Shown here in pieces: positions 49,531 to 62,520 of a stretch of DNA of 64,000 nt (within the stretch, counting starts at the first letter, position 1; each line of letters opens with the position of its first letter). The notes under the pieces are model-generated. The model was not told the origin of the DNA. It ran no database searches and worked only from the letters and a program-made list of their open reading frames with translations. The DNA is taken from NCBI RefSeq assembly GCF_018977255.1, contig NW_024704743.1, forward strand, positions 92,196,001 through 92,260,000, written 5' to 3'. The position numbers and the translations under genes were made by a program. Source of the DNA: Callorhinchus milii. Its lineage: Eukaryota.

Positions 49531-50037
49531 TCTAAATTTCCTCCGCTAGAGGAGTTTAAATGAATTGTGGTTTTGTTGTACAATTATAGAAAATTAAGGG
49601 ACATTAATGATTCAAGTTGTCTTTTACCTGGTGGAAAATGCACAAGTGACGATTTAAAATTGTACAGATGTGAGTGGCGGGGGGAGGGGGGTGGGAGGGG
49701 AGTGGTGTTTACTGAAAGAATTCCCAGGTTTTCCTTTTATTGAAAAGAAAAGCTTCAATTTATTCTCCTATCTATCTATAATTAACATCAATGTGTAATA
49801 ATTATTATTGCTCTTCAGAAGCATGCTGAAGGTTGTATCTCAATCTTTTCAGATATTATATTAAACACCCATCCCTCCATAGCAGACATAAATTACAGGG
49901 ATTTGGCAAATTTATGCGAGATATATACATTTGCATATGATACCAAATAAGGAGGAAATGTGGAATAAGAGGATTATTCCCTGACTCAATCACTTCACCG
50001 TGCCCTCTCTTTGCCCGTCTTCAGATTGCACCGCAAG

Positions 50038-50450
50038 ACAACAACAACAACTTGCACTTATATAGCACCCTCCATGCAGAGTAGCATCTCAGAGTGCTTA
50101 ACAATGGCAGAGCCTGACTTCGAGCCAGAGGAGAGGTTAGGGGTGAGGGGGAGGTGGCCGGAGGCACGGTCGAAGATGAAAGTTTTCAGGCGGGACTTGA
50201 AAGAGGGGAGAGAGGGGACAAGGCGGAGGGATTGAGGGAGAGTGTTCCAGAGTTTTGGGGTGTCGTGGCTGAAAGCGCGACCTCCGATGGTGGGGCGGAG
50301 GGTGCAAGGGACGAGCAGGAGGCTGGTGCCAGTTGAACGGAGGCACCGGGTAGTGGATTGGGGAGAGGTAGGGAGGTGCCAGGGAGTGAATGGATTTGAA
50401 CACGAGTGTGAGGATCTTGAAGTCGATCTGTTTGGTGACAGTGAGCCAGA
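50038..50450 (-). mobile_element. Old L2 3' fragment
   Basis: QIDFKILTLVFKSIHSLAPPYLS; (CAA)n tail. Confidence 0.8.
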
Positions 50451-51009
50451 GGAACCTGGCCAGATCTTCCTCTTCGACCGTGCCTATGATCACCGCTTTT
50501 TACTCCCTGACTCAGTGTCATACTACGCTGTGTCCAGAAGCTACTCTGTGTGAACTAGATAAATACAAGCTGTCATTGTCGTTGATGAGACAGTACAAAG
50601 ATAGCTCAACAGCATGGGCTGATCACTGGTAAATGCAATTCAATACAGATAAATGCAAGGTAACCTATAAGAAGTAAAAACAGTAGTCAAAATGAATTTT
50701 CTGGAATGAAAAGACGGCAGGTATTTTGGAAGGATTAGATCAAAATGACATTTAATAACAATAATCCTTGCATTTAACACAGAGCCTATAATTGTGAGAA
50801 AGTCTCAAAAAGCTTCACTAATAGAATGCAGCAACCAATTTTCACATGTTCCAAAAATAACCATGACGTGATTGACCAATTGTATCTGACGGATTGTTGG
50901 TTAGAAAACTGGTTAGGAAACTCTCTTCTCTTTTCAAATCATGCCATGGGATATTTAAATTATCACTAGAATTATTATTATTTATTGCTTGTTGGAGGAA
51001 GATAAGTTA

Positions 51010-51420
51010 GGTCTTCTTGGAGCTGAGCTGGCTCCAGGATGACATAATTGGAATGCCAAAATTGAATCAACCCTCTGTGGTGGTCTAGGTAGTCTAGATA
51101 GCCCAGTTCCTGAACTAGGCAGGTCTGCTGAATTCCGAGGCACTGCTGATGACAGACCAGTCAACCTAGATCAGCAACAAGACTTGAGAGGCAGGGATTG
51201 TTCCCATTTGGTTTCTGTTAACCAGGCTAGTCAAAGCCCCAATGATTAGGGTGGTCCTAGATGGGCAAGCAATCTGAAGCATACCAGACAGTGTTCTCAA
51301 TGGTGGTTAACTTCAGCAGTACCCCAATGCACACTCTGGAGTCCTCAAGCCTTTGCTCTTACCCACTTGTGTCTATAACACTCCAGATTAAGTAGACATG
51401 GAGAGAGTGCATTTCTTTCC
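51010..51420 (-). mobile_element. Family X copy
   Basis: Reverse complement collinear with 5610-6115 and lacks the L2 tail insertion. Confidence 0.8.
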
Positions 51421-51429
51421 ACACAGGGA

Positions 51430-52540
51430 AATTTCCAAGTGTAAATGATCCAGGCTTAGCATGGATACAGAACTGGCTGGGAGACAGAAAGCATAGCGTG
51501 GTGATGAACGATTATTTTTCTGAATGAAGAGAAGTGGAATCCTGTAGCTCAGTGGTTAGAGCACTCGCCTTGCAAGCGAGAGACCTGTGTTCAATTCCAG
51601 GCAGGGCGAAACCTTGGGCAAGTTTCCTTACTCCACACACTTAATAATAATCCCTCCAAAACCCAAAACAATAATAAATTGGTCATTTTCAATCTACGAC
51701 TGTTTGTGGGACATTGCTGTGCGCAATTGGCTGCCGCGTTCGCCCACAAATATACAGTCAATTCACTTTACAGTGTGTTCTGTGAAGCGCTTTGGGACGT
51801 CCTCCCGACGTGAAAAGCGCTATATCAAATGCAAGGATTATTAAGTGTGCAGTGGGGTCTCCAGGGGTCAGTATTGGAACCATTGCTGTTTTTGATCTAT
51901 ATAAATGACCTGGACTTGGGTATAGGGAGTAGAATTTCCAAGTTTGCAGATGATACTAAGCTAGGAAAAGTAGTAAACAGTGAGGAGGATGGTAGCAGAC
52001 TGCAAGAGGACATAGACAGCCTCATAAAATGGGCAGACACGAGGCAGATGAAGTTTAATGTGGAGAAATACAAAGTACCAGAAATGAGGGACTTCAGTTA
52101 TCAGGAGAGACTAGAGAAGCTAGGATTATTCTCCTTGGAGCAAGGAAGGTTAAAAGGAGACTTAATAGAAGTTTTCAAAATTATGAGGGGATTCCATAGG
52201 GTGAACAAAGAGAAACTATTTCTGCTGGCGGGTGGATTGGTAACTCAAGGACACCGATTTAAAATAGTCGTTAAAAGAAACAGAGGGGAGGTGAGGAGAA
52301 ATTTTTTCACCCAGTGAATTGTTCGGATATGGAATGCATTGCCTGAAAGGGTGGTAGAAGCCGATTTGATAACAACTTTTAAGAGAGAAGTAGATAATTA
52401 TTTGGGGAGGACAAGTTTGCAAGGCTAAAGGGAAAGAGCGGGGGAGTGGGATTGATTTAGATAGCTTTTTTCAAAGAGCCGGCACAGATGCAATGGGCTG
52501 AATGGCCTCCTTATGTGCTGTGTAATTCTATGATTCTATA
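51430..52540 (+). mobile_element. CR1 LINE 3' portion with internal deletion, interrupted by a SINE
   Basis: QGSVLEPLLFLIYINDL, KFADDTKLG, ERLEKLGLFSLE; ATTCTATG tail. Confidence 0.93.
51537..51842 (+). mobile_element. Young tRNA-derived SINE (short subtype) with AAGTG target-site duplication
   Basis: AAGTG at 51532-51536 and 51843-51847; head has a CTTGCAA (Ala-TGC-like) anticodon loop. Confidence 0.95.
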
Positions 52541-54659
52541 AAGTGGCATACAAGTGTGGAACTTTCAATCTGGGTTGGATACTCTTTAGCATGGTGATGA
52601 ATTTCCACATGTGTCAAACACCCAGCTGACCAAATAAAAACTTTAACATTCACCTGTACAGGCGGGTGGGACTTCAGTTAATCCAATCTGGTCAAAATCA
52701 AACGTTGGCTTCAAAAAGTCTCTGCTATTCTTCATTGAAATCAGCAGAATGTAATATACCGAACTCCTAAGATTACATCAGCAGTATGATGAAGTCACCA
52801 CCACAGAAAAGAAAAGAATAGGATTGAAAGGTGCTTGGTGTTTGCCTAGGTTTTGGTTGGTGGAGGAGACAGTGTTAAGCAGACCTTAGAAGAACTGTTC
52901 ACGAAAGATTGAGGGTAGGTCTCCCCAGCCCGAGACACTTGTCAAGGGAAGCAATTTCTGCCATTTAAGTAGAAGCAATCAGTATCACATGGGTCTTAGA
53001 GGATCCGTGAAAACAATCAGTTAGTGCCATCTGTGCTTTGCCTCCATCGGGATATTGCTTGAATATTCATCAGGGGAAACATATTTTGTGATCCAAAGCC
53101 TGGCATATCCATAAGGGACATTATCAATCGAGAAGATATCCATGGGGAAAAGCAGAAGCATCAATCTGATCGTCTGGAGCATCTGCTGGTACATAAAGCA
53201 TTAATTCAGGAGCATGGATTGTCTGTCAGTATAAGCTGGCACTGCTCATTGACCAAATCTGGAGATATTGACAAACTAAGATAATCCTTTGACTATCTGA
53301 TTTTGTAGCAGAATGTGGACAGTGAAGAGCCCTGAACAGCAATCCATCATACAAAATGGGAAGAAAAAGGTCTAATATTTAATGAGGGCAAAACTGGTAA
53401 TCCTGAATGTATTCCTTTTTTCAATTTATCACCGAGAATAATTAACCAAGGCTTTATGCACTGAAGACTGTCCTTTATAACAGGATTGAGTCTGCTCAGA
53501 CCCTGATTTAGGAAATGCTTTTTCTTCAGGTCTTTCAGAATGTAGACAGCAGTCCCCTTGTTTTCAATATGGAAAGGGAATTGAAGTGTTGATTTGTAAC
53601 TGTTGGAACTGCTTTCCTATTTTGAATTCGTATTCCTAAAAATATTGTTAAGTCACTAAAGGTTGAACTGTACGAGCAGTTTTCTAATTGGGCATGTCTG
53701 AACAAAGTGTTTCATCGCAGTGTGTCAGCTTGGCTTTTACCTCTGAGTCAGAAAGTTGTGGATTCAAGACCGCAGGTTGAACTCTGCTGGTCGGTAAAGA
53801 TGTATATAATGGAAATCCCATTATAAGTCCATACTGACAAGGTCAGTAACTTGAACAGCAGCCTAAATGTGCACTCTAGATTTAGATATAGATTTTATTT
53901 ACAATAAAAGAAAGAGAAAGTATCTGAAAGGGAAAGTGTTGGTTTGGAACTCGAGTTTCTCTACAATTACATTTTAGTAATGGGTTTTGTGCTTATTACT
54001 GATTAATTAGTGCTACGGAATATTCTGTTGGCAATGTTCTCAATAATGATATTGAGCCCACTTGGGTTTTCTCTGTTCTTTTCAGGACAGCTTTGAGTTG
54101 TCTGCATTGCCTGTGCCAGCTCGTCGTTCCAGATGTGCCAATTTCCAGCCATCAACCTTAATTACCTGTCCCTGAACTCCAGTTGAACTACAATATCTAG
54201 AAGCATCAGATTGTGACTCACATATTTGTGTCATCATTTCACTGGTTAAAATCTTCTTAAATGCTCCTCACCATGACAAGAACGACAGCAAGCGCCTCCA
54301 TTAATGTAGTATGCAGTTCACTGAAGCTCTGCTAGATGGTGCTTGAAAACTTTCCAGCTCACAATGCCCCTTGTTCTTTTATCAGCTAAGGTATCTCTCA
54401 AACATGAAGCTAAGTAAATAATCAGCTCCATGCATTTAGATTAACAAACAAATATGAGGATGAGTAACAAAGGTACTATTGATGTTTCATTCAGATATCT
54501 ATTGAATTTATTTTGATACAAAAGAAAATGAAACACTGCTGTTTTCTCACAGGGGATGGGAGTTATTGGAATTGGAAGCTTCATAATGTGAGAGAGAAAT
54601 GGTGATTTTTAAAGGAAGCAAGTATGGTCTTAACTCATCCAGCTTTAATTAACTCATCC

Positions 54660-56645
54660 ACATCTGGCTGGACCTCATCAAAACCTACCGCTCCGCTCTC
54701 GCCTCGGCCAAATCGTCCTTCTATTACAGGTTAATCCTGGAGGCGAAGGGCAACCCCAGGCTCCTGTTCTCCACCACCAACCGGCTCCTCCGCCCTCCCC
54801 GCCACACTTTACAGATTCTTTCCTCTGACTCTCACTGTGAGAAAATGCTGGATTTCCTCGAGTCCAAAATTGAGGGAATCTACTCAGCTGCCACTGCCCT
54901 CCCAACTTCCACCCTTTCTCTACCCCACCCCACACTCCGACAATTACCCATCCCTCCCTTCCACACCTTTGAATCTGTCACCCCCTCCTTTGTCTTCACC
55001 ACCATATCCTCCATGAAGCCCACCACCTGCTCCCTGGACCTCATCCCCACCCCTCTCCTTAAATCGCAGCTCCAACTCCCTGTCCCACTACGCACCGACG
55101 TCATCAACCGCTCCTTGTCATCTGACACTGTTCCTTCCCGCCTCCAAACAACCATTATCACCCCCACTTTGAAGAAACCTTCCCTTGACCCATCACATCT
55201 ATCCAGCAACCGGAGCATCTCAAACCTCCCTTTCCTATCCAAGGTCCTTGAGAGAGCCATTGCCTCCGAGATTCACTCTTTTCTCTCCTCCCATTCCCTC
55301 CATGAACCCCTCCAATCGGATTGCCGTGCTGCCCACAGCACGGAAACTTCTCTGGTCAAGGTCACAAACAACATCCTGACCATGTGTGACCAGGGCTCCC
55401 TCTGCCTCCTCAACCTCTCCACTGCCTTTGACACCGTGGACCATTCAATCCTCCTCCACCGCCTCTCCTCCCACTTCAACCTTCAAAGTTCTGTCCTTGA
55501 CTGGTTCAGGTCCTACCTTTCACACTGCCTCCACTTCGTCACAACAAATGGCTTCTCCTCCAACCCCCGCATTGTCTCTTGCGGTGTTCCTCAGGGCTTT
55601 GTCCTCGGGCCCCTCCTCTTCACCCTCTACATGCTCCCTCTTGGTGATATCATCCGCAGACATGGGATAAATTTCCACATGTATGCGGATGACACCCAAC
55701 TCTATCTCTGCCTTCACCCTCAACTCCAGGACTACTGGTGTCCTGACTGACTGCCTGTCCGACATCAAATCCTGGACGAGGGACAACTTTCTAAAACTCA
55801 ACATCAGCAAGACCGAGGCCCTCCTGATTGGCTCGCTCCAGCGCCTTCGCACCTCGGGCGCTGGCAGCATCAGCATCCACAGCTGCACATTCAACCTCAC
55901 TAAGCCAGTCAGGAACCTGGGTGTCTTGTTTGACTCTGAACTGTCCTTTTCCCCCACATCTGCGCCATGACCAGCACTGCCAACCACTAACTCTGCAACA
56001 TTGCCAGATTCCGCCACTGCCTCACCCCTCAGGCTGCCGAAACCCTTATCCAGGCATTTATCACATCAAGGCTCGATTACGGAAACTCCCTCCTCATTGG
56101 CCTTCCCAACTCTTCCCTTCACAAGCTGCAGATCATCCAAAACTCTGCAGCTCGTGTACTTTCACGCACCAGGCTCCATGACCCCATCACTCCCACCCTC
56201 GCCCAACTCCACTGGCTTCCCGAAGATCGAGTTCAAGATCCTTGTCCTCACTTTCAAGGCCATCCATGGCCTTGCCCCCTCCTACCTCTCTGACCTGCTG
56301 ACTCCCTACCAACCTGCCTGCTCCCTCCGTTCAACGGGCTCCGGTCTGCTCCATGTCTCCTGCCCGATCTGCCCAACCATCAGTGTCTGGGCTTTCAGCT
56401 TCTCTGCTCCCACACTCTGGAACTCCATCCCACGGTCCCTTCGCCTCGCTTCCTCCCTTGCCTCCTTCAAGGCCGGTGTCAAGACCCTTCTCTTTGATCG
56501 TACCTTTGATCGCACTCCCACCTCTCTGCCTTCCCTCATCCATACACCACCCGTCCCCCATACTCGCGTACCGATATCTGACTGTTCAGCGCTTTGGGAC
56601 GTTCTCCCGATGTGAAAGACACTCTATAAATGTAATGTTGTTGTT
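54660..56645 (+). mobile_element. L2 LINE ORF2 remnant (~2 kb, frameshifted)
   Basis: [47 protein letters not shown]; tail hairpin and (TTG)n. Confidence 0.95.
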
Positions 56646-57589
56646 ATCAATATTCAGAAAAAATGTTAGTCTTGCAGCTGTCTCAACCAGTGACATGCAG
56701 AAAGGTAGAAGTCAGGATCCTCAGAGGAATAGGTTTATTTATGATGTGGAAGTTGAACTACTGAAATGCTTTAAAGAAATATTGAAGGTAGGTAAGTGGG
56801 ACTTAATGGATTGCTCTTTCAATGAGGCAACACAGACCCAAATGGACTGAATGGCCCTTTTCTGTGCTGTCAATTTCTATGGTTGTGTGGATTTATGGGC
56901 CCTTGTCAGAGCCCCAGGAGGAGAGAAATTTTGCTTCCTTGCCTTTATACTCCACAAGTGCCTTCCAGATTCAGTATCCAGCGGATCAAAGATCTCCACA
57001 CTTCTGATTGGACAATGGCACATTTAATCGTATAAAAATAAGATACTGGCTTATTCTTCCTGTAAAAGCAGCTCCTCTAACTTAAGGAAATTGTATATTT
57101 TGACTACGTTTCAAAATAGAAAGTGGCCAAAATGTTTTTAAAAAGGATTATGGAGCAAACGGTGTTAGAACTGAAACCAATCGATATTTATGGACTGAAA
57201 TTTAATTGTTTCAAAACAGTTTCAGAATGATTGAATAATATGACTTCTCCAATCATATCACTTTAGTTTTTACGATATATTACTAAATTATATACACTGT
57301 GAGAGTTGAAAGAAAAACAGTATCCTTCACAGAAGGTTTACCCAATTCTGCATGAGGTTTTAATGAATGCAGTTCAAACCTTTTCACCACTATTTGTAGA
57401 TCTTACACAGAAGCTCTTACTGTTTCTACTTCAATTACAGACTTACTGTGCTTTATTTTAATGCATGATCAAGTTAAAAGTAATTTCCCCTTATAGACTG
57501 TATATATCATCTCTTAATATACATTCTTTCAAGTTACAAGGAAATAGCACGCATTAACTTAATCAAAAGAATGGGAAAATGCATTGTTT

Positions 57590-60131
57590 ACAGCTTCTCA
57601 CATGCACATTGGGATGTATTTGGTAGTGGTGGTGTGGCCCTCATCTCCAGGCCCTCACTTGCTCTATCACCATACTCCTCTGACTCATTACCCTCATTCG
57701 AGCACCTTACACTTCACCGTCCCTCCAAACTTTCCCTCAAAATTCTCCTCATTTACTGCCCCCCAAAACCTCCTACACCTTCTTCTCTGACGTCTCCACC
57801 CTCCTAACTTCCCTCTGCATCTGTTCCTAATGCCTCCTTATCCTCGGTGACTTCAAACTTCATTTCACCCCTTCCTGCTCTATCTCCTCAGACTTTTCCT
57901 CTCTCCTTTCCTCTCAGGACTTCTCCCTCCACATCCACTCTGCCACCTATGTTCATGGCCACCCACTCCACCTGGTGGTTACCAGGGGCCTCAGTGTCTT
58001 GGATATCACAATCACAGACAAAGCCATCTCTGATCACCATTTCATCTCCTTTAACTCCTCAATCCTCTCTCCACCCCCACCAAACCCACCTCCATCTCCT
58101 ACCGCTCCTGGAAAACAATCTCCCCGCAATCCCTCTCCACTGCTTGGAGTCATCTGAACTCCTCCCCCTCTGGCCTACCTCCCGCATTGATTTATCCTCC
58201 TCACGCACTCTTCTCCACAACTCCCTCTCCACCACTCTTGATGCCCTTGCCTCCCCTCAACTCCCAAACTGCCTCCTTCTCACGCACCTCACCCTGGTAC
58301 ACAAACCTCCTCCTCTTTCTCAAGGGTCAGTGCGGGCTGCCGAACCCACCTGCCCAAAATTGAGGGGATCCGTTCAGCTGCCTTTGCCCTTCCAACCACC
58401 ACTCACTCCCCATCTCCCCCCGATACTCCGACTCCTACCCATCCCTCCCTCCACATCTTCAAACCTGTCTCCCCCTCGTGTTTCATCTCCACCATATCTG
58501 CTATGAACCACACCACCTGCTCCCTTGACCCCATCCCCACCCCTCTCCTTACCTCTCAGCTCCACCTCTTTGCTCCTAAACTCTCCGACACCATCAATCT
58601 CTCCTTATCATATGTCACCATTCCCATCCCCCTAAAAACAGCTATAATCGCCCCCATCCTGAAAAAACCTTCCCTGAACCCATCCCTGGCTGCTAACTAC
58701 TGGCCCATCTCCACCATCCCTTTCCTTTCCAAGGTCCTTGAAAGAGTCGTTGCTTCCCAGTTTCGCTCATTCCTCTCCTACCACTCCTTTCACAAGGCCC
58801 TCCGATTGGGTTTCCGTGCTGTGAGCTGCTCTGCCCTGGTCAAGGTGACAAATTACATTCTGTCCATCTGTGACCAGAGCTCCCTCTGCCTCTTCATCTA
58901 CTCTGCTGCCTTCGATTAAATGGACCACTCCATCCTCCTCAACTGCTTTTCTTACCACCTGAACCTTTAAACTTCTGTCCTTGAATGGTTCAGGTCTTAT
59001 CTCTCACACTATCTCCAATTTGTCTCCGCCAACGGTTTCTCTTCCAGCTTCCATACAGCCTTGTGTCATGTTCCTCAGAGCTCTGTCCTTCGTCCCCTCC
59101 TCTTCAACCTCTACATGCTCCCACTTGGTGACATCATCCGCATACATGGTGTCAACTTCCACGTGTACGTGGATGACACCCAACTCTATCTCTCTGCCTC
59201 CACCCTCGATTCCAGGACAACTGACATCCTGACAGACTGTCTGTCAGATACCAAGTCCTGGATGAAAGCCAACTCTTTACAGCCGAATGTCAGCAAGACC
59301 AAGGCCCAACTGATTGGCTCGCGCCAGCGCCTCCGCAGCTTAGGCACTGGCAGCATCAGCATCCATGGATGCACACTCCACCTCACCAAGCCAATCAGGA
59401 ACCTGGGCATCTTGTTTGAACCTCAACTGTCTTTTCTACCCGACATCTGTGCCATGACCCATTCTGTCTTCCTCCACCTCCACAATATTGTCCAACTCCG
59501 CCACTGCCTCACCCTTCAGGCCGCCAAAACCCTCATACATGCATTAGGGACCTCAAGGCTCGACTATGGAAACTTCCTCCTTGTCGGCCTCCCAACTCTT
59601 CACTCCACAAGCTGCAGATCATCCAGAACTCTGCAGGTCGTGTCCTCTCCCGGACCACGCTCCATCACCCATCACCTCCACCTCTTCCGACTCCACATCC
59701 CTCAGAGAACAGAATTCAATATCCTCATCTTCAAGGCCCTCCACTGCCTTGCCCCCTCCTACATCTCTGACCTGCTGACCCCCTATCACCTTATCTGTTC
59801 CCTCCGTTCAGCAGACTCCGGCCAGCTCCATGTCTTCCACCCAACCTGCCTTACCTTGGCAGCTGGGCTTTCAGCCTCTCTGCCCCCACCCTTTGGAACT
59901 GCATCCCACAATCTCTTCACTTTGCTCCCTCTCTTGCTTCCTTCAAGGCATGACTCAAGACGCTCCTTTTCCACTATGCCTTCAGCCGCCCTCCTATCTC
60001 ACTGCCCCCCCTCACACCAACCCTACCCCCCACCCCCCACCAAGCTCGGGTCCTGATCCCCGACTGTTCAGTGTCTTGAGGCGTCCTCCCATCGTGAAAG
60101 GCAGTTTACAAATGTAATTTTGTTGTTGTTG
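57590..60131 (+). mobile_element. L2 LINE remnant including decayed AP-endonuclease and RT domains
   Basis: GGVALI, LLIYCPPK, LILGDF and ISDHHFISF endonuclease motifs, then [10 protein letters not shown] and tail. Confidence 0.93.
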
Positions 60132-61599
60132 TATTTATTTGAAACCGAAGCCAGATGTGTATTTGCAGATTCTTTGTAGTATTAAGAAATTGTCACATTA
60201 TTTATTATTTATTTGACTCTGTCAATTTAATTTTAAGCCAATATTTATCAATGGACAAATGCTGATCCATCACTTGAAAGAATAAAATGATGGGTAGATA
60301 CTCTACCAGGTTTCATAGGTACTGATGAATAAGTTAGAAACAGTCAGGACTGAGGTGCCACACAAATGGCAGTTCCAAGCACAAGTCATAGCTTCAACTG
60401 TGCCAGCTAAAACCACCGAAATTTACAGAATAGAAGAAGGCCATTTGGTCCATTGTGTTGATAGATCTTTGAAAAGGCAATCTATTCAGTCTCATTTGCC
60501 TGCCTTTCCCTGTATCCCTACAATGTATTCATTTTTTGCTATCTATCAATGAAAATAGGCCCGGTTTCTGCAGTCTCTGGCATTAGGTGAAACTACTGAT
60601 AGTAGTTGGGTGGGGAGGAGGTGGGGGCCTGAATTTCTGGCTAAGTGTAATGACAGCCTTCATTTCTGGCCAAGTGTATAGTTACCTGCACCCTCCCCCG
60701 GCTTGGCATCGGGCTCCACCATTGTTAAGTGCTCTGGGCTGTCACCCGGCGTAGAAGGTGTTATATAAATGCAAATTTTTTTTTGTTGAGACATCTCATC
60801 AAACATTTTCTGAAAATTCATACACACCACATCCACAGCATAAACTTTATCCATTCTCTTGATTATTTCAGAACTCTATTAAATTTGTCAAGCAAGAACT
60901 GCATTTAAGAAATCCGTCCTGACTTTCTTTTGTCAACCTCTGACTTTCATAGTGACTATTAATATCGTGCTGTACTATAACCTTTCAGCATTTTCTCACT
61001 CTGCTTGTTAAGCTAATATAGCTATAGTTCTTGGCTCACTATGTTGTCCCTCTTTCAACATAAGTATTATGTTACCAACCCTCCTACCACTTTTAGTTTT
61101 CTTCTATCGCTTTTATGTTCCAAGATGTTTGAGAGATATTGAGAGAGCACCTACCAACTTCCCTCTGTATTCTCAGATGTATCTCATCAAACCCTGCTGA
61201 CTTGTCCACTTGGAGTACCTAAATGTTTTAAGTATTATTTTTTCATAATCAGATGTGTCCAACCCTCAGAATGCTTCTGTTTTGCTGACTATCAAGGAGT
61301 TAATATTAGAAGAGCTATAAGTGTCACCCAGTTAGAATATACAGGTATAATTGTGTAAAAATGTCTACTGCTGTATTATATTACGGCTTTGACCTTTCCA
61401 TACATGATCTATAATGCATTGATTGTCAATCATTTATACAAAAAACATTTGTGGAAGTTCAGTAACCCTTACAAAGCTTTGCTAAAACACTCGGCACTTT
61501 TGTTAATGGATGCTATTCTGACACTTTGTGATCCTTTTATCACATTAATAATTCACTTGCCAACAGACATAATAAAATCCAAGCTTATCCTTTGCATTT

Positions 61600-62520
61600 T
61601 TCTCTATGTATTCAACTCTACCCTCGCTCTCCAATTTTAATGTCTTCACAGGCAGTTTTCATTCATCAACATTAAATTGAACTGCTTTGATCAGCCCCCT
61701 CCCTAAGAAACTCACTGGATCCCTCTCCAGCTAGTGACCCATTTACAATTTCTCCAAGGTGCGGCTCCATGCTCTCCCACGACTCCCTCTTCGAACCCCT
61801 CCAATACAGTTTCTGTCTCATGCACCTAATAAGACTGCTCAAGTTAAAGTCACTAATGATTTACTTTTCATCTGTAATCAGAGTTCCCTCTAACTCTTAT
61901 TCTCCTCAACTTCTCTGCTGCCTTTGGTACTGTTGACCACTCCATCTTTCTCCAGTGTCTTTCCTCTCGCTCCACCTCCATGGGCTCTCTGGCCTTTTCC
62001 AGCATCTACACTTTGTGTCCTTCAATTGATTCTTCTCCTCCCCAGTCCCTCCACAGTCAATTGCGGCATTTTCTAGGTCTCTCTTCCTCTCAGATGTTTC
62101 CACTTGATGACATCATCACAGGGTCCACTTCCAAATGTATGCATATGATATCTGCCTCTGCCCTCAATTCCAAGACCACTGCTTTTATGACCAGTTGACT
62201 GTTAGACATTGATTCCAGATGAGTTCTATCTTTCTACAGCTCAAAATCAACTAGACCAAGACTTTACGGCTTGGTTCCCTTCGACACCTCCTCTTCCTAA
62301 GAGTACTGACCACATCAACCTACATGGATGGTCAATCCGATTCACAGAGCCAGAGTGGAACCTTGTCTTGATCAACAACACCTGCTCTTCTAACCATACA
62401 TCTGAGCCCTCACTACTCTGCATTTCCTCACTTCCACAACATCATTTGATCACTTGCCTCTGCCATCACCTTTCCTCATCCACACCTTCATTATCTCTAG
62501 GTTGGATTCTCTGGTGTCCT
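61600..62520 (+). mobile_element. Highly decayed L2 RT fragment
   Basis: Remnants of EPLQ, VKVTND, SAAFGTVDH and PLDDII motifs. Confidence 0.7.

Noticed and set aside
51140..51200. CTGATGA conserved in three family X copies as a ribozyme core
   Set aside because: No stem II followed by a GAAA box found in any copy
51537..51610. tRNA-Ala gene
   Set aside because: tRNA-like sequence is the head of a multi-copy SINE continuing into a body and LINE-type tail
52780..53500. Possible decayed coding sequence
   Set aside because: No long ORF in the supplied track and no recognisable protein motif
60318..60350. Hammerhead-like CTGATGA..GAAAC.GTC
   Set aside because: Stem II would be 3 bp with a 1-nt loop and no stem I pairing exists; likely chance
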